From NCBI RefSeq assembly GCF_044324785.1, contig NZ_CP172127.1: DNA of 64,000 bases; one strand, 5' to 3'. The notes under the pieces are model-generated. The model did not search any database. It was not told where the DNA came from and was given only the letters and a program-made list of their open reading frames with translations. Source of the stretch: Escherichia coli. GTDB lineage: Bacteria; Pseudomonadota; Gammaproteobacteria; Enterobacterales; Enterobacteriaceae. Shown here piece after piece: positions 32,546 to 44,936 of this stretch (positions within the stretch are counted from its first letter, which is position 1; each line of letters opens with the position of its first letter). A program made the translations under genes and the position numbers.

Positions 32546-33079
32546 ATGCGCCTGCTCCCTCTCGTTGCCGCAGCGACAGCTGCATTTCTGGTCGTTGCCT
32601 GCAGTTCTCCTACGCCGCCCCGTGGCGTGACCGTAGTGAATAATTTCGATGCTAAACGCTATCTCGGTACCTGGTATGAGATTGCCCGTTTTGATCACCG
32701 CTTTGAACGTGGACTGGAAAAAGTCACCGCAACATACAGCCTGCGTGATGACGGCGGCCTGAATGTCATTAATAAAGGCTATAACCCTGACAGAGAAATG
32801 TGGCAGCAGAGTGAAGGGAAAGCGTACTTTACCGGCGCACCAACTCGCGCTGCGCTGAAAGTGTCATTCTTTGGTCCTTTCTATGGCGGTTATAACGTTA
32901 TTGCACTCGATCGGGAATACCGCCATGCGCTGGTTTGCGGTCCGGACCGCGACTACCTGTGGATACTCTCCCGCACGCCAACCATTTCTGACGAAGTGAA
33001 ACAGGAGATGCTGGCAGTTGCGACCCGGGAAGGGTTTGATGTCAGTAAGTTTATTTGGGTACAGCAACCCGGTAGTTAA
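32546..33079 (+). CDS. blc: Outer-membrane lipocalin Blc
   Basis: 177-aa lipoprotein (lipobox VVAC) with lipocalin motif GTWYEIAR. Confidence 0.9.
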   Translation: MRLLPLVAAATAAFLVVACSSPTPPRGVTVVNNFDAKRYLGTWYEIARFDHRFERGLEKVTATYSLRDDGGLNVINKGYNPDREMWQQSEGKAYFTGAPTRAALKVSFFGPFYGGYNVIALDREYRHALVCGPDRDYLWILSRTPTISDEVKQEMLAVATREGFDVSKFIWVQQPGS

Positions 33080-33393
33080 TGAGTGCTGAGTTTCAGACCA
33101 ATAATCCCCAATACGATTAACGTCAGACTCGCCAGGCGCATCGGGTTAGCGGACTCGCCGAGCAGCACAATGCCGGTGATGGCCGCGCCGACTGCGCCAA
33201 TACCCGTCCACACGGCATAAGCCGTCCCTACCGGTAGCGATTTCATCGCCCAGGCAAGTAGCGCCATACTGACAATCATCGCCGTCACGGTAATAACACT
33301 TGGCGTCAAACGACTAAAGCCGTGGGTATATTTCAGGCCAACGGCCCATACCACTTCCAGCAGACCAGCAATAACTAAGATAATCCAGGACAT
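33076..33393 (-). CDS. gdx: SMR-family guanidinium exporter Gdx (SugE)
   Basis: Start [22 protein letters not shown]; 105 aa, four TM helices. Confidence 0.88.
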   Translation of the reverse strand: MSWIILVIAGLLEVVWAVGLKYTHGFSRLTPSVITVTAMIVSMALLAWAMKSLPVGTAYAVWTGIGAVGAAITGIVLLGESANPMRLASLTLIVLGIIGLKLSTH

Positions 33394-33419
33394 ATCAGGC
33401 TCCGGAGAATTGGGGCCGT

Positions 33420-33468
33420 CCCCGGTGAAAAGACGCGTTTGCAGGTCGTCCTGCAAAGCTGATGGTTG
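33420..33468 (-). ncRNA. Guanidine-II (mini-ykkC) riboswitch in the gdx leader
   Basis: Two hairpins with ACGR loops on the minus strand (gcaggACGAcctgc and ggggACGGcccc) just upstream of the gdx RBS and start. Confidence 0.6.
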
Positions 33469-33567
33469 AACGGATATTTTGCCAGGTGGCAGAGGAATTT
33501 CAACTATTACCTTTGTGACTATCGCAAAAAAACAAACGGCACGACACAGCTGCCGTACCGTTATTGC

Positions 33568-33714
33568 TTATTGCTGCGCTTTCGTTGCTGCGCCAGAAAT
33601 CGCGTTACCGCCATCAGAAATGTCTTCACCAACGCCACGCGTGGTGTTGCAGGCAGTTAATACTGTTGAAAGCACCAGAACAGAAAAGATCGCTGCAATT
33701 GTCTTCTTCACCAT
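33568..33714 (-). CDS. ecnB: Entericidin B lipoprotein
   Basis: Manual translation gives [48 protein letters not shown]; not in the ORF track because it is under 60 aa. Confidence 0.8.
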
Positions 33715-33824
33715 AACGTCTTCCTTTTAGGTAATGTTATTTATGTTTGCCTATAGCAAATTAATAATAGACAACATCGCCAAAAATGATGGAAATCTGA
33801 TGATTTTTCGGAAGAGAAGAAAAA

Positions 33825-33950
33825 TTAGCTGGCAGCGCGGGAGATGGAGTTGCCGAGGTGTTTGATATCTTCGCCGAAACCGCGAGCGGTGTTACAGCCC
33901 GTAAGCAGCGTGCTGGCAAGCAAAACAAGAACGATAAGGCGTTTCATCAT
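33825..33950 (-). CDS. ecnA: Entericidin A lipoprotein
   Basis: Manual translation gives MMKRLIVLVLLASTLLTGCNTARGFGEDIKHLGNSISRAAS. Confidence 0.8.
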   Translation of the reverse strand: MMKRLIVLVLLASTLLTGCNTARGFGEDIKHLGNSISRAAS

Positions 33951-34001
33951 CTCTAACCTGAATAAGTGATGGTGCAGCCTGCAGGCCGCACCACAACCGC
34001 A

Positions 34002-34568
34002 TTACTTCACGCGAGAGACGTATTCACCAGAGCGGGTATCCACTTTGATGACTTCGCCGATTTGTACAAACAGCGGAACTTTAACCACAGCGCCAGTAGA
34101 CAGGGTAGCCGGTTTGCCGCCAGTACCTGCGGTATCACCTTTCAGGCCCGGATCGGTATCCACGATTTCCAGTTCAACGAAGTTCGGTGGAGTAACGGAG
34201 ATCGGCTGACCATTCCACAGAGTTACGATACACTCTGCCTGATCCAGCAACCATTTGGCGTTGTCGCCAATTGCTTTTGCATCAGCAGACAGCTGCTCGA
34301 AAGTTTCGTTGTTCATGAAGTGCCAGAACTCACCGTCGTTGTACAGGTAAGTCAGGTTCATATCGACAACATCAGCGCCTTCAGCGGAATCAGTAGATTT
34401 GAAGGTTTTTTCTACGCGAGTACCGGTCAGCAGACGACGCAGTTTAACGCGAGCAAATGCCTGGCCTTTACCCGGTTTTACGAATTCACTCGCTTCAACC
34501 GCGTAAGGTTCGCCGTCTAACATGATTTTAAGACCAGCACGAAAATCGTTGCTATAGTACGTTGCCAT
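34002..34568 (-). CDS. efp: Elongation factor P
   Basis: 188 aa, [46 protein letters not shown]. Confidence 0.96.
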
Positions 34569-34609
34569 AAGGCCCTCTGAAATTTGTTAATTGGTAGCTA
34601 AGCCACAAA

Positions 34610-35638
34610 ATGGCGCATATTGTAACCCTAAATACCCCATCCAGAGAAGATTGGTTAACGCAACTTGCCGATGTTGTGACCGATCCTGATGAACTTCTGC
34701 GTCTTTTGAATATAGACGCGGACGAAAAACTGTTGGCCGGACGCAGCGCCAAAAAGCTTTTTGCCCTGCGTGTGCCCCGCTCATTTATCGATCGCATGGA
34801 GAAAGGCAATCCGAACGATCCGCTTTTGCGTCAGGTAATTACCTCGCAAGATGAGTTTGTCGTCGCGCCCGGATTCTCCACCGACCCGCTGGAAGAACAG
34901 CACAGCGTAGTGCCAGGTTTGTTGCATAAATACCACAACCGGGCGCTTTTGCTGGTCAAAGGCGGCTGCGCGGTAAATTGCCGCTATTGCTTCCGTCGCC
35001 ACTTCCCCTATGCCGAAAATCAGGGCAACAAGCGTAACTGGCAGACTGCACTTGAGTATGTTGCTGCGCATCCGGAACTGGACGAGATGATTTTCTCCGG
35101 CGGCGATCCGCTGATGGCGAAAGATCACGAGCTGGACTGGTTGCTCACACAACTGGAAGCCATCCCGCATATCAAACGTCTGCGGATTCACAGCCGTCTG
35201 CCGATTGTGATCCCGGCACGCATCACAAATGCGCTGGTTGAACGCTTTTCACATTCTACGCTGCAAATCTTGCTGGTGAATCACATCAACCATGCCAATG
35301 AGATAGATGAAACATTCCGTCAGGCGATGGCTAAGTTGCGCCGGGTAGGCGTTACTTTGCTGAACCAGAGCGTTCTGTTACGTGGCGTGAACGATAACGC
35401 GCAAACGCTGGCAAACCTGAGTAATGCGTTGTTCGATGCGGGCGTGATGCCGTATTACCTGCATGTGCTCGATAAAGTTCAGGGCGCGGCGCATTTTATG
35501 GTGAGTGATGACGAAGCACGGCAGATTATGCGTGAGTTGCTGACACTGGTGTCGGGATATCTGGTGCCTAAACTGGCGCGAGAAATTGGCGGCGAACCCA
35601 GCAAAACGCCGTTGGATCTCCAGCTACGCCAGCAGTAA
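34610..35638 (+). CDS. epmB: EF-P beta-lysylation lysine 2,3-aminomutase EpmB (YjeK)
   Basis: Radical-SAM CxxxCxxC motif (CAVNCRYCFRRHFPY); divergent from efp. Confidence 0.9.
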   Translation: MAHIVTLNTPSREDWLTQLADVVTDPDELLRLLNIDADEKLLAGRSAKKLFALRVPRSFIDRMEKGNPNDPLLRQVITSQDEFVVAPGFSTDPLEEQHSVVPGLLHKYHNRALLLVKGGCAVNCRYCFRRHFPYAENQGNKRNWQTALEYVAAHPELDEMIFSGGDPLMAKDHELDWLLTQLEAIPHIKRLRIHSRLPIVIPARITNALVERFSHSTLQILLVNHINHANEIDETFRQAMAKLRRVGVTLLNQSVLLRGVNDNAQTLANLSNALFDAGVMPYYLHVLDKVQGAAHFMVSDDEARQIMRELLTLVSGYLVPKLAREIGGEPSKTPLDLQLRQQ

Positions 35639-35872
35639 CTGATTAAACAGGGAAGTTTAATCTTTGCACGTTGCATAACCTTTAATTATTCATATACATT
35701 GCTGTTATTACTTTTTATATAACCAACACCAATAATTAACCTTTCTTTTCTGTTTATATAGAGTGAGCACGGCTATTTATGTTATTTTAACAACTATTAC
35801 TACCAAGCCCATTTATCTGGCTTATAAATTAAAATTAATTATTTAATTGAGAAATGGTTAGGGAGAACCTAC

Positions 35873-36742
35873 ATGGCCATAAGCATCAAGGGTGTTAATA
35901 CCGGTGTTATTCGCAAGAGCAATAATTTCATTGCACTGGCGCTGAAAATTAAAGAGCCTCGCAATAAAGAATCGTTGTTCTTTCTGTCTGTCATGGAACT
36001 GCGCGACCTTCTGATTGCGCTGGAAAGCCGTCTGCATCAAAAGCATAAACTGGATGCTGCTGCACGCCTTCAGTATGAGCAAGCTCGCGATAAAGTCATT
36101 AAGAAAATGGCAGAAAATATCCCAGAAATTCTGGTTGATGAGCTTAAAAATGCCGATATTAATCGTCGGGTTAACACGCTGGAACTTACCGATAATCAGG
36201 GTGAAAATCTTACCTTCGTATTAACGCTACATGACGGTAGCAAATGTGAGTTAGTCATCAATGAATTGCAGATTGAAATGCTGGCGCGAGCAATCATTCA
36301 TGCAATTAATAATGCGGAAATGCGTGAACTGGCATTACGTATTACCTCACTGTTAGATTTCCTGCCGTTATACGACGTTGACTGCCAGGACAATGGCAAT
36401 CTGGAATATGACACCTATTCCCAACCGGAATGGAAACATAACTTGTTCAACCATTATCTGGCGGTGCTTTACCGCTTTAAAGATGAAAGTGGCAAAGAAC
36501 AATTTAGCGGCGCAGTGGTGAAAACGCGTGAAGCAACGCCGGGTAAAGAAGTGGAGGCGATCACTCGCCGAATGCTTGATTTCAGCCCACGACTGAAAAA
36601 ACTCGCGGGTGTACCATGTCAGGTCTATGTTCGCACCGTAGCGGCAAATAACGCCCAACTGCTAACCCAGGATCAATGCTTACGCGCGCTACATCACTTA
36701 CGTGTTCAATCCACCAGCAAAACTGCACCACAGGCGAAATAA
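35873..36742 (+). CDS. yjeJ: Uncharacterised protein YjeJ
   Basis: 289-aa ORF in an AT-rich segment between epmB and groL, as in K-12; function unknown. Confidence 0.65.
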   Translation: MAISIKGVNTGVIRKSNNFIALALKIKEPRNKESLFFLSVMELRDLLIALESRLHQKHKLDAAARLQYEQARDKVIKKMAENIPEILVDELKNADINRRVNTLELTDNQGENLTFVLTLHDGSKCELVINELQIEMLARAIIHAINNAEMRELALRITSLLDFLPLYDVDCQDNGNLEYDTYSQPEWKHNLFNHYLAVLYRFKDESGKEQFSGAVVKTREATPGKEVEAITRRMLDFSPRLKKLAGVPCQVYVRTVAANNAQLLTQDQCLRALHHLRVQSTSKTAPQAK

Positions 36743-36791
36743 TCCCATCTGTTTTACTACGAGGCTGGAAGTATCCAGCCTCTGGATCCCA

Positions 36792-37145
36792 TCAGTTCGG
36801 GCACTTATATACCTGGCCGATAATCTGGCTATCCGTCGGGACAAAACTGGACAACATCCCCTGCGACGGGCTGCTGATGCCATAAATCACGTTACCGCCC
36901 ATTGCAGCCGCCTGGTTGCGCAGATCGTTTGCTGCGCCGCGCATAGAACCGCCCTCTTCACCGTGTTGCCCGGAAAGCCAGTTGCTTTGCTTACCTGTCG
37001 CAGTACCAATCAGCTGGCACTCTGCGCCTGGCTGCTCGTCCACAATGCGTACACTCTGACCGGCAGCACTCAATTCGTTGCTGGAGCTACAACCCGCCAT
37101 CAGTAGCGCGGCACCGACAATCCCTGCTAAGTATTTTACGTGCAT
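36792..37145 (-). CDS. yjeI: Putative lipoprotein YjeI
   Basis: Start MHVKYLAGIVGAALLMAGCSS (lipobox); about 117 aa. Confidence 0.7.
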   Translation of the reverse strand: MHVKYLAGIVGAALLMAGCSSSNELSAAGQSVRIVDEQPGAECQLIGTATGKQSNWLSGQHGEEGGSMRGAANDLRNQAAAMGGNVIYGISSPSQGMLSSFVPTDSQIIGQVYKCPN

Positions 37146-37224
37146 GTTATTCCCCATAATCAATGAGCTGGACGCCACTCGCGTCGTCCGTGTCTGAATC
37201 TTATACTAGAAAGATGACCAAAAG

Positions 37225-37260
37225 AAAAACCCCCAGACATTTCTGCCCGGGGGTTTGTTT
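37225..37260 (-). terminator. groSL operon rho-independent terminator
   Basis: Hairpin cccccag...ctgcccggggg with a U-run on the minus strand, 3' of the groL stop. Confidence 0.6.
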
Positions 37261-37282
37261 ATTTCTGCGAGGTGCAGGGCAA

Positions 37283-38941
<1,659 letters not shown>

Positions 38942-38972
38942 TTAAATTCGTATGTTCAGTGTCGTGCGCGGA

Positions 38973-39317
<345 letters not shown>

Positions 39318-39342
39318 TTACGTGGTTTCCCGGCTGGTGACC

Positions 39343-39380
39343 AGAGAAATGGGGATGAGGCTTCGCCCCTTCAAGGGGGG
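39343..39380 (-). promoter_or_regulatory. Sigma-32 heat-shock promoter of groSL
   Basis: Minus strand reads ccccCTTGAAgg (-35) and CCCCATTTc (-10) with appropriate spacing upstream of groS; matches the sigma-32 consensus. Confidence 0.6.
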
Positions 39381-39541
39381 AAAAGAAAAAAAATTCTGAT
39401 CAGCACAAAATCGGGTGAAAACCCTGATTCACCTCACATTTCATCGCAATTTCTTCATCACCGTCATAAGCGAATCTGATTGTGCTACCATCGAAAATCT
39501 ACGCAGTTGCCCATAATTTGGGCGCAATCGGACATCAACCC

Positions 39542-40798
39542 ATGAGTGGACTCAAACAAGAACTGGGGCTGGCCCAGGGCATTGGCCTGCTATCGACGTC
39601 ATTATTAGGCACTGGCGTGTTTGCCGTTCCTGCGTTAGCTGCGCTGGTAGCGGGCAATAACAGCCTGTGGGCGTGGCCCGTTTTGATTATCTTAGTGTTC
39701 CCGATTGCGATTGTGTTTGCGATTCTGGGTCGCCACTATCCCAGCGCAGGCGGTGTCGCGCACTTCGTCGGTATGGCGTTTGGTTCGCGGCTTGAGCGAG
39801 TCACCGGCTGGTTGTTTTTATCGGTCATTCCCGTGGGTTTGCCTGCCGCGTTACAAATTGCTGCCGGGTTCGGCCAGGCAATGTTTGGCTGGCATAGCTG
39901 GCAACTGTTGTTGGCAGAACTCGGTACGCTGGCGCTGGTGTGGTATATCGGTACTCGCGGTGCCAGTTCCAGTGCTAATCTACAAACAGTTATTGCCGGA
40001 CTTATCGTCGCGCTGATTGTCGCTATCTGGTGGGCGGGCGATATCAAACCTGCGAATATCCCCTTCCCTGCACCTGGTAATATCGAACTTACCGGGTTAT
40101 TTGCTGCGTTATCAGTGATGTTCTGGTGCTTTGTCGGTCTGGAAGCATTTGCCCATCTTGCCTCGGAATTTAAAAATCCAGAGCGTGATTTTCCTCGTGC
40201 TTTGATGATTGGTCTGCTGCTGGCAGGATTAGTCTACTGGGGCTGTACGGTAGTCGTCTTACACTTCGACGCCTATGGTGAACAAATGGCGGCAGCAGCA
40301 TCGCTTCCAAAAATTGTAGTGCAACTGTTCGGTGTAGGAGCGTTATGGATTGCCTGCGTGATTGGCTATCTGGCCTGCTTTGCCAGTCTCAACATTTATA
40401 TACAGAGCTTCGCCCGCCTGGTCTGGTCGCAGGCACAACATAATCCTGACCACTACCTGGCACGCCTCTCTGCTCGTCATATCCCGAATAATGCCCTCAA
40501 TGCGGTGCTCGGCTGCTGCGTGGTGAGCACGTTGGTGATTCATGCTTTAGAGATCAATCTGGACGCTCTTATTATTTATGCCAATGGCATCTTTATTATG
40601 ATTTATCTGTTATGCATGCTGGCAGGTTGTAAATTATTGCAAGGACGTTATCGACTACTGGCGGTGGTTGGCGGGCTGTTATGCGTTCTGTTACTGGCAA
40701 TGGTCGGCTGGAAAAGTCTCTATGCGCTGATCATGCTGGCGGGGTTATGGCTGTTTCTGCCAAAACGAAAAACGCCGGAAAATGGCATAACCACATAA
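39542..40798 (+). CDS. yjeH: APC-family L-methionine/amino acid exporter YjeH
   Basis: Polytopic transporter; start inferred at MSGLKQELGLAQGIGLL to give about 418 aa. Confidence 0.8.
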   Translation: MSGLKQELGLAQGIGLLSTSLLGTGVFAVPALAALVAGNNSLWAWPVLIILVFPIAIVFAILGRHYPSAGGVAHFVGMAFGSRLERVTGWLFLSVIPVGLPAALQIAAGFGQAMFGWHSWQLLLAELGTLALVWYIGTRGASSSANLQTVIAGLIVALIVAIWWAGDIKPANIPFPAPGNIELTGLFAALSVMFWCFVGLEAFAHLASEFKNPERDFPRALMIGLLLAGLVYWGCTVVVLHFDAYGEQMAAAASLPKIVVQLFGVGALWIACVIGYLACFASLNIYIQSFARLVWSQAQHNPDHYLARLSARHIPNNALNAVLGCCVVSTLVIHALEINLDALIIYANGIFIMIYLLCMLAGCKLLQGRYRLLAVVGGLLCVLLLAMVGWKSLYALIMLAGLWLFLPKRKTPENGITT

Positions 40799-40813
40799 TC
40801 CGGCGTTTCGGCA

Positions 40814-41290
40814 TTAATCCTGGCGATCGTCTTTATGATCAAGGCGGTCGCGGTCATCATCCTTTCGCTGGTACTCACCATCAAAAGTATTACCGCCACC
40901 GGTCCCGGCGCTAAAACCGCCGCCTGGCATGCGAGAAAAGCGCAAATGCGGCATCAACTTCACAGTCAGATGCTTTTGCACCGGCGGTAATAAAAGCAGA
41001 AGACCGAGGAAGTCGGTGAAAAAGCCCGGTAATAAAAGCAGCAAACCGGCAATGATCAGCGAAACACTTTTAATCATCTCCGCCGCTGGGTTTTCACCTG
41101 CTGCCATTTTTTGCTGCATCAGCACGAAATTCTTAAAGCCCTGGTTACGTACCAGTGACATACCGATAACTGACGTGAATATAACCAGCACGAGGGTCAG
41201 CAATACCCCCAATACATGGGCAACCTGAATAAAGATTGAAATCTCAATATAGACATAAAGGAAAATGGCAATAAAAGGTAACCAGCGCAA
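40814..41290 (-). CDS. fxsA: Inner membrane protein FxsA
   Basis: 158 aa, MRWLPFIAIFLYVYIEISIFIQVAHVLGVLLTLVL, with a C-terminal acidic tail. Confidence 0.85.
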   Translation of the reverse strand: MRWLPFIAIFLYVYIEISIFIQVAHVLGVLLTLVLVIFTSVIGMSLVRNQGFKNFVLMQQKMAAGENPAAEMIKSVSLIIAGLLLLLPGFFTDFLGLLLLLPPVQKHLTVKLMPHLRFSRMPGGGFSAGTGGGNTFDGEYQRKDDDRDRLDHKDDRQD

Positions 41291-41626
41291 AGGTTTCTCC
41301 TGTAATAGCAGCCGGTTAAACCCGGCTACCTGAATGGGTTGCGAATCGCGTTCAGCTTATATTGTGGTCATTAGCAAAATTTCAAGATGTTTGCGCAACT
41401 ATTTTTGGTAGTAATCCCAAAGCGGTGATCTATTTCACAAATTAATAATTAAGGGGTAAAAACCGACACTTAAAGTGATCCAGATTACGGTAGAAATCCT
41501 CAAGCAGCATATGATCTCGGGTATTCGGTCGATGCAGGGGATAATCGTCGGTCGAAAAACATTCGAAACCACATATATTCTGTGTGTTTAAAGCAAATCA
41601 TTGGCAGCTTGAAAAAGAAGGTTCAC

Positions 41627-43063
41627 ATGTCAAACAACATTCGTATCGAAGAAGATCTGTTGGGTACCAGGGAAGTTCCAGCTGATGCCTACTATGGTGT
41701 TCACACTCTGAGAGCGATTGAAAACTTCTATATCAGCAACAACAAAATCAGTGATATTCCTGAATTTGTTCGCGGTATGGTAATGGTTAAAAAAGCCGCA
41801 GCTATGGCAAACAAAGAGCTGCAAACCATTCCTAAAAGTGTAGCGAATGCCATCATTGCCGCATGTGATGAAGTCCTGAACAACGGAAAATGCATGGATC
41901 AGTTCCCGGTAGACGTCTACCAGGGCGGCGCAGGTACTTCCGTAAACATGAACACCAACGAAGTGCTGGCCAATATCGGTCTGGAACTGATGGGTCACCA
42001 GAAAGGTGAATATCAGTACCTGAACCCGAACGACCATGTTAACAAATGTCAGTCCACTAACGACGCCTACCCGACCGGTTTCCGTATCGCTGTTTACTCT
42101 TCCCTGATTAAGCTGGTAGATGCGATTAACCAACTGCGTGAAGGCTTTGAACGTAAAGCTGTCGAATTCCAGGACATCCTGAAAATGGGTCGTACCCAGC
42201 TGCAGGACGCAGTACCGATGACCCTCGGTCAGGAATTCCGCGCTTTCAGCATCCTGCTGAAAGAAGAAGTGAAAAACATCCAACGTACCGCTGAACTGCT
42301 GCTGGAAGTTAACCTTGGCGCAACAGCAATCGGTACTGGTCTCAACACGCCGAAAGAGTACTCTCCGCTGGCAGTGAAAAAACTGGCTGAAGTCACTGGC
42401 TTCCCATGTGTACCGGCTGAAGACCTGATCGAAGCGACCTCTGACTGCGGCGCTTATGTAATGGTTCACGGCGCGCTGAAACGCCTGGCTGTGAAGATGT
42501 CCAAAATCTGTAACGACCTGCGCTTGCTCTCTTCTGGCCCACGTGCCGGCCTGAACGAGATCAACCTGCCGGAACTGCAGGCGGGCTCTTCCATCATGCC
42601 AGCTAAAGTAAACCCGGTTGTTCCGGAAGTGGTTAACCAGGTATGCTTCAAAGTCATCGGTAACGACACCACTGTTACCATGGCAGCAGAAGCAGGTCAG
42701 CTGCAGTTGAACGTTATGGAGCCGGTCATTGGCCAGGCTATGTTCGAATCCGTTCACATTCTGACCAACGCTTGCTACAACCTGCTGGAAAAATGCATTA
42801 ACGGCATCACTGCTAACAAAGAAGTGTGCGAAGGTTACGTTTACAACTCTATCGGTATCGTTACTTACTTGAACCCGTTCATCGGTCACCACAACGGTGA
42901 CATCGTGGGTAAAATCTGTGCCGAAACCGGTAAGAGTGTACGTGAAGTCGTTCTGGAACGCGGTCTGTTGACTGAAGCGGAACTTGACGATATTTTCTCC
43001 GTACAGAATCTGATGCACCCGGCTTACAAAGCAAAACGCTATACTGATGAAAGCGAACAGTAA
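41627..43063 (+). CDS. aspA: Aspartate ammonia-lyase
   Basis: Start [30 protein letters not shown]; fumarate-lyase signature [10 protein letters not shown]. Confidence 0.96.
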
Positions 43064-43089
43064 TCGTACAGGGTAGTACAAATAAAGAA

Positions 43090-43118
43090 GGCACGTCAGA
43101 TGACGTGCCTTTTTTCTT
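43090..43118 (+). terminator. aspA rho-independent terminator
   Basis: Hairpin ggcacgtcagatgacgtgcc followed by ttttttctt. Confidence 0.6.
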
Positions 43119-43180
43119 GTGAGCAGTAACTTAAAAATAACAATCTAATATCAACTTGTTAAAAAACAAGGAAGGCTAAT

Positions 43181-44482
43181 ATGCTAGTTGTAGAACTCAT
43201 CATAGTTTTGCTGGCGATCTTCTTGGGCGCCAGATTGGGGGGAATAGGTATTGGTTTTGCAGGCGGATTGGGGGTGCTGGTTCTTGCCGCTATTGGCGTT
43301 AAACCCGGTAACATCCCGTTCGATGTCATTTCCATTATCATGGCGGTTATCGCCGCTATTTCTGCCATGCAGGTTGCTGGCGGTCTGGACTATCTGGTTC
43401 ATCAGACAGAAAAGCTGCTGCGCCGTAACCCGAAATACATCACGATCCTCGCGCCGATCGTGACCTATTTCCTGACAATCTTTGCTGGTACTGGCAACAT
43501 CTCTCTGGCGACACTGCCAGTTATCGCTGAAGTTGCGAAGGAACAAGGCGTTAAACCTTGCCGTCCGCTGTCTACTGCAGTGGTATCCGCGCAGATTGCG
43601 ATCACCGCATCGCCAATCTCAGCGGCAGTGGTTTACATGTCTTCCGTGATGGAAGGTCATGGCATCAGCTACCTCCATCTGCTCTCCGTGGTCATCCCGT
43701 CCACCCTGCTGGCGGTTCTGGTGATGTCCTTCCTGGTCACTATGCTGTTCAACTCCAAACTCTCTGACGATCCGATTTATCGCAAGCGTCTGGAAGAAGG
43801 CCTGGTTGAACTGCGCGGTGAAAAGCAGATTGAAATCAAATCCGGTGCAAAAACGTCCGTCTGGCTGTTCCTGCTGGGCGTAGTTGGCGTGGTTATCTAT
43901 GCAATCATCAACAGCCCAAGCATGGGTCTGGTTGAAAAACCGCTGATGAACACCACCAACGCAATCCTGATCATCATGCTCAGCGTTGCAACTCTGACCA
44001 CCGTTATCTGTAAAGTCGATACTGACAACATCCTCAACTCCAGCACCTTCAAAGCAGGTATGAGCGCCTGTATTTGTATCCTGGGTGTTGCGTGGCTGGG
44101 CGATACTTTCGTTTCCAACAATATCGACTGGATCAAAGATACCGCTGGTGAAGTGATTCAGGGTCATCCGTGGCTGCTGGCCGTCATCTTCTTCTTTGCT
44201 TCTGCTCTGCTGTACTCTCAGGCTGCAACCGCAAAAGCACTGATGCCGATGGCTCTGGCACTGAACGTTTCTCCTCTGACCGCTGTTGCTTCTTTCGCTG
44301 CGGTGTCTGGTCTGTTCATTCTGCCGACCTACCCGACGCTGGTTGCTGCGGTACAGATGGATGACACGGGTACTACCCGTATCGGTAAATTCGTCTTCAA
44401 CCATCCGTTCTTCATCCCGGGTACTCTGGGTGTTGCCCTGGCCGTTTGCTTCGGCTTCGTGCTGGGTAGCTTCATGCTGTAA
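43181..44482 (+). CDS. dcuA: Anaerobic C4-dicarboxylate transporter DcuA
   Basis: 433-aa polytopic membrane protein MLVVELIIVLLAIFLGARLGGIGIGFAGGLGVLVLAAIGV. Confidence 0.92.
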   Translation: MLVVELIIVLLAIFLGARLGGIGIGFAGGLGVLVLAAIGVKPGNIPFDVISIIMAVIAAISAMQVAGGLDYLVHQTEKLLRRNPKYITILAPIVTYFLTIFAGTGNISLATLPVIAEVAKEQGVKPCRPLSTAVVSAQIAITASPISAAVVYMSSVMEGHGISYLHLLSVVIPSTLLAVLVMSFLVTMLFNSKLSDDPIYRKRLEEGLVELRGEKQIEIKSGAKTSVWLFLLGVVGVVIYAIINSPSMGLVEKPLMNTTNAILIIMLSVATLTTVICKVDTDNILNSSTFKAGMSACICILGVAWLGDTFVSNNIDWIKDTAGEVIQGHPWLLAVIFFFASALLYSQAATAKALMPMALALNVSPLTAVASFAAVSGLFILPTYPTLVAAVQMDDTGTTRIGKFVFNHPFFIPGTLGVALAVCFGFVLGSFML

Positions 44483-44490
44483 TGACCAAT

Positions 44491-44517
44491 CGCGGGGCGT
44501 TCACGCCCCGCTTTCTT
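44491..44517 (+). terminator. dcuA rho-independent terminator
   Basis: Hairpin cgcggggcgttcacgccccgc followed by tttcttt. Confidence 0.55.
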
Positions 44518-44597
44518 TCCCGCCGACTAACATCCTTCCCCCGTCCGTTGTATAGTGACCTCTCTCTTGCGGTTCCATCTGTTCTTGCGAGGTGTTT

Positions 44598-44936
44598 ATG
44601 CTTGATGAAAAAAGTTCGAATACCGCGTCTGTCGTGGTGCTATGTACGGCACCGGATGAAGCGACAGCCCAGGATTTAGCCGCCAAAGTGCTGGCGGAAA
44701 AACTGGCGGCCTGCGCGACCTTGATCCCCGGCGCTACCTCTCTCTATTACTGGGAAGGTAAGCTGGAGCAAGAATACGAAGTGCAGATGATTTTAAAAAC
44801 TACCGTATCTCACCAGCAGGCACTGCTGGAATGCCTGAAGTCTCATCATCCATACCAAACCCCGGAACTTCTGGTTTTACCTGTTACACACGGAGACACA
44901 GATTACCTCTCATGGCTCAACGCATCTTTACGCTGA
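44598..44936 (+). CDS. cutA: Divalent-cation tolerance protein CutA
   Basis: Start [40 protein letters not shown]; 112 aa. Confidence 0.88.

Noticed and set aside
41630-43081. 483-aa ORF on the minus strand
   Set aside because: Antisense to aspA across its whole length; a shadow ORF.
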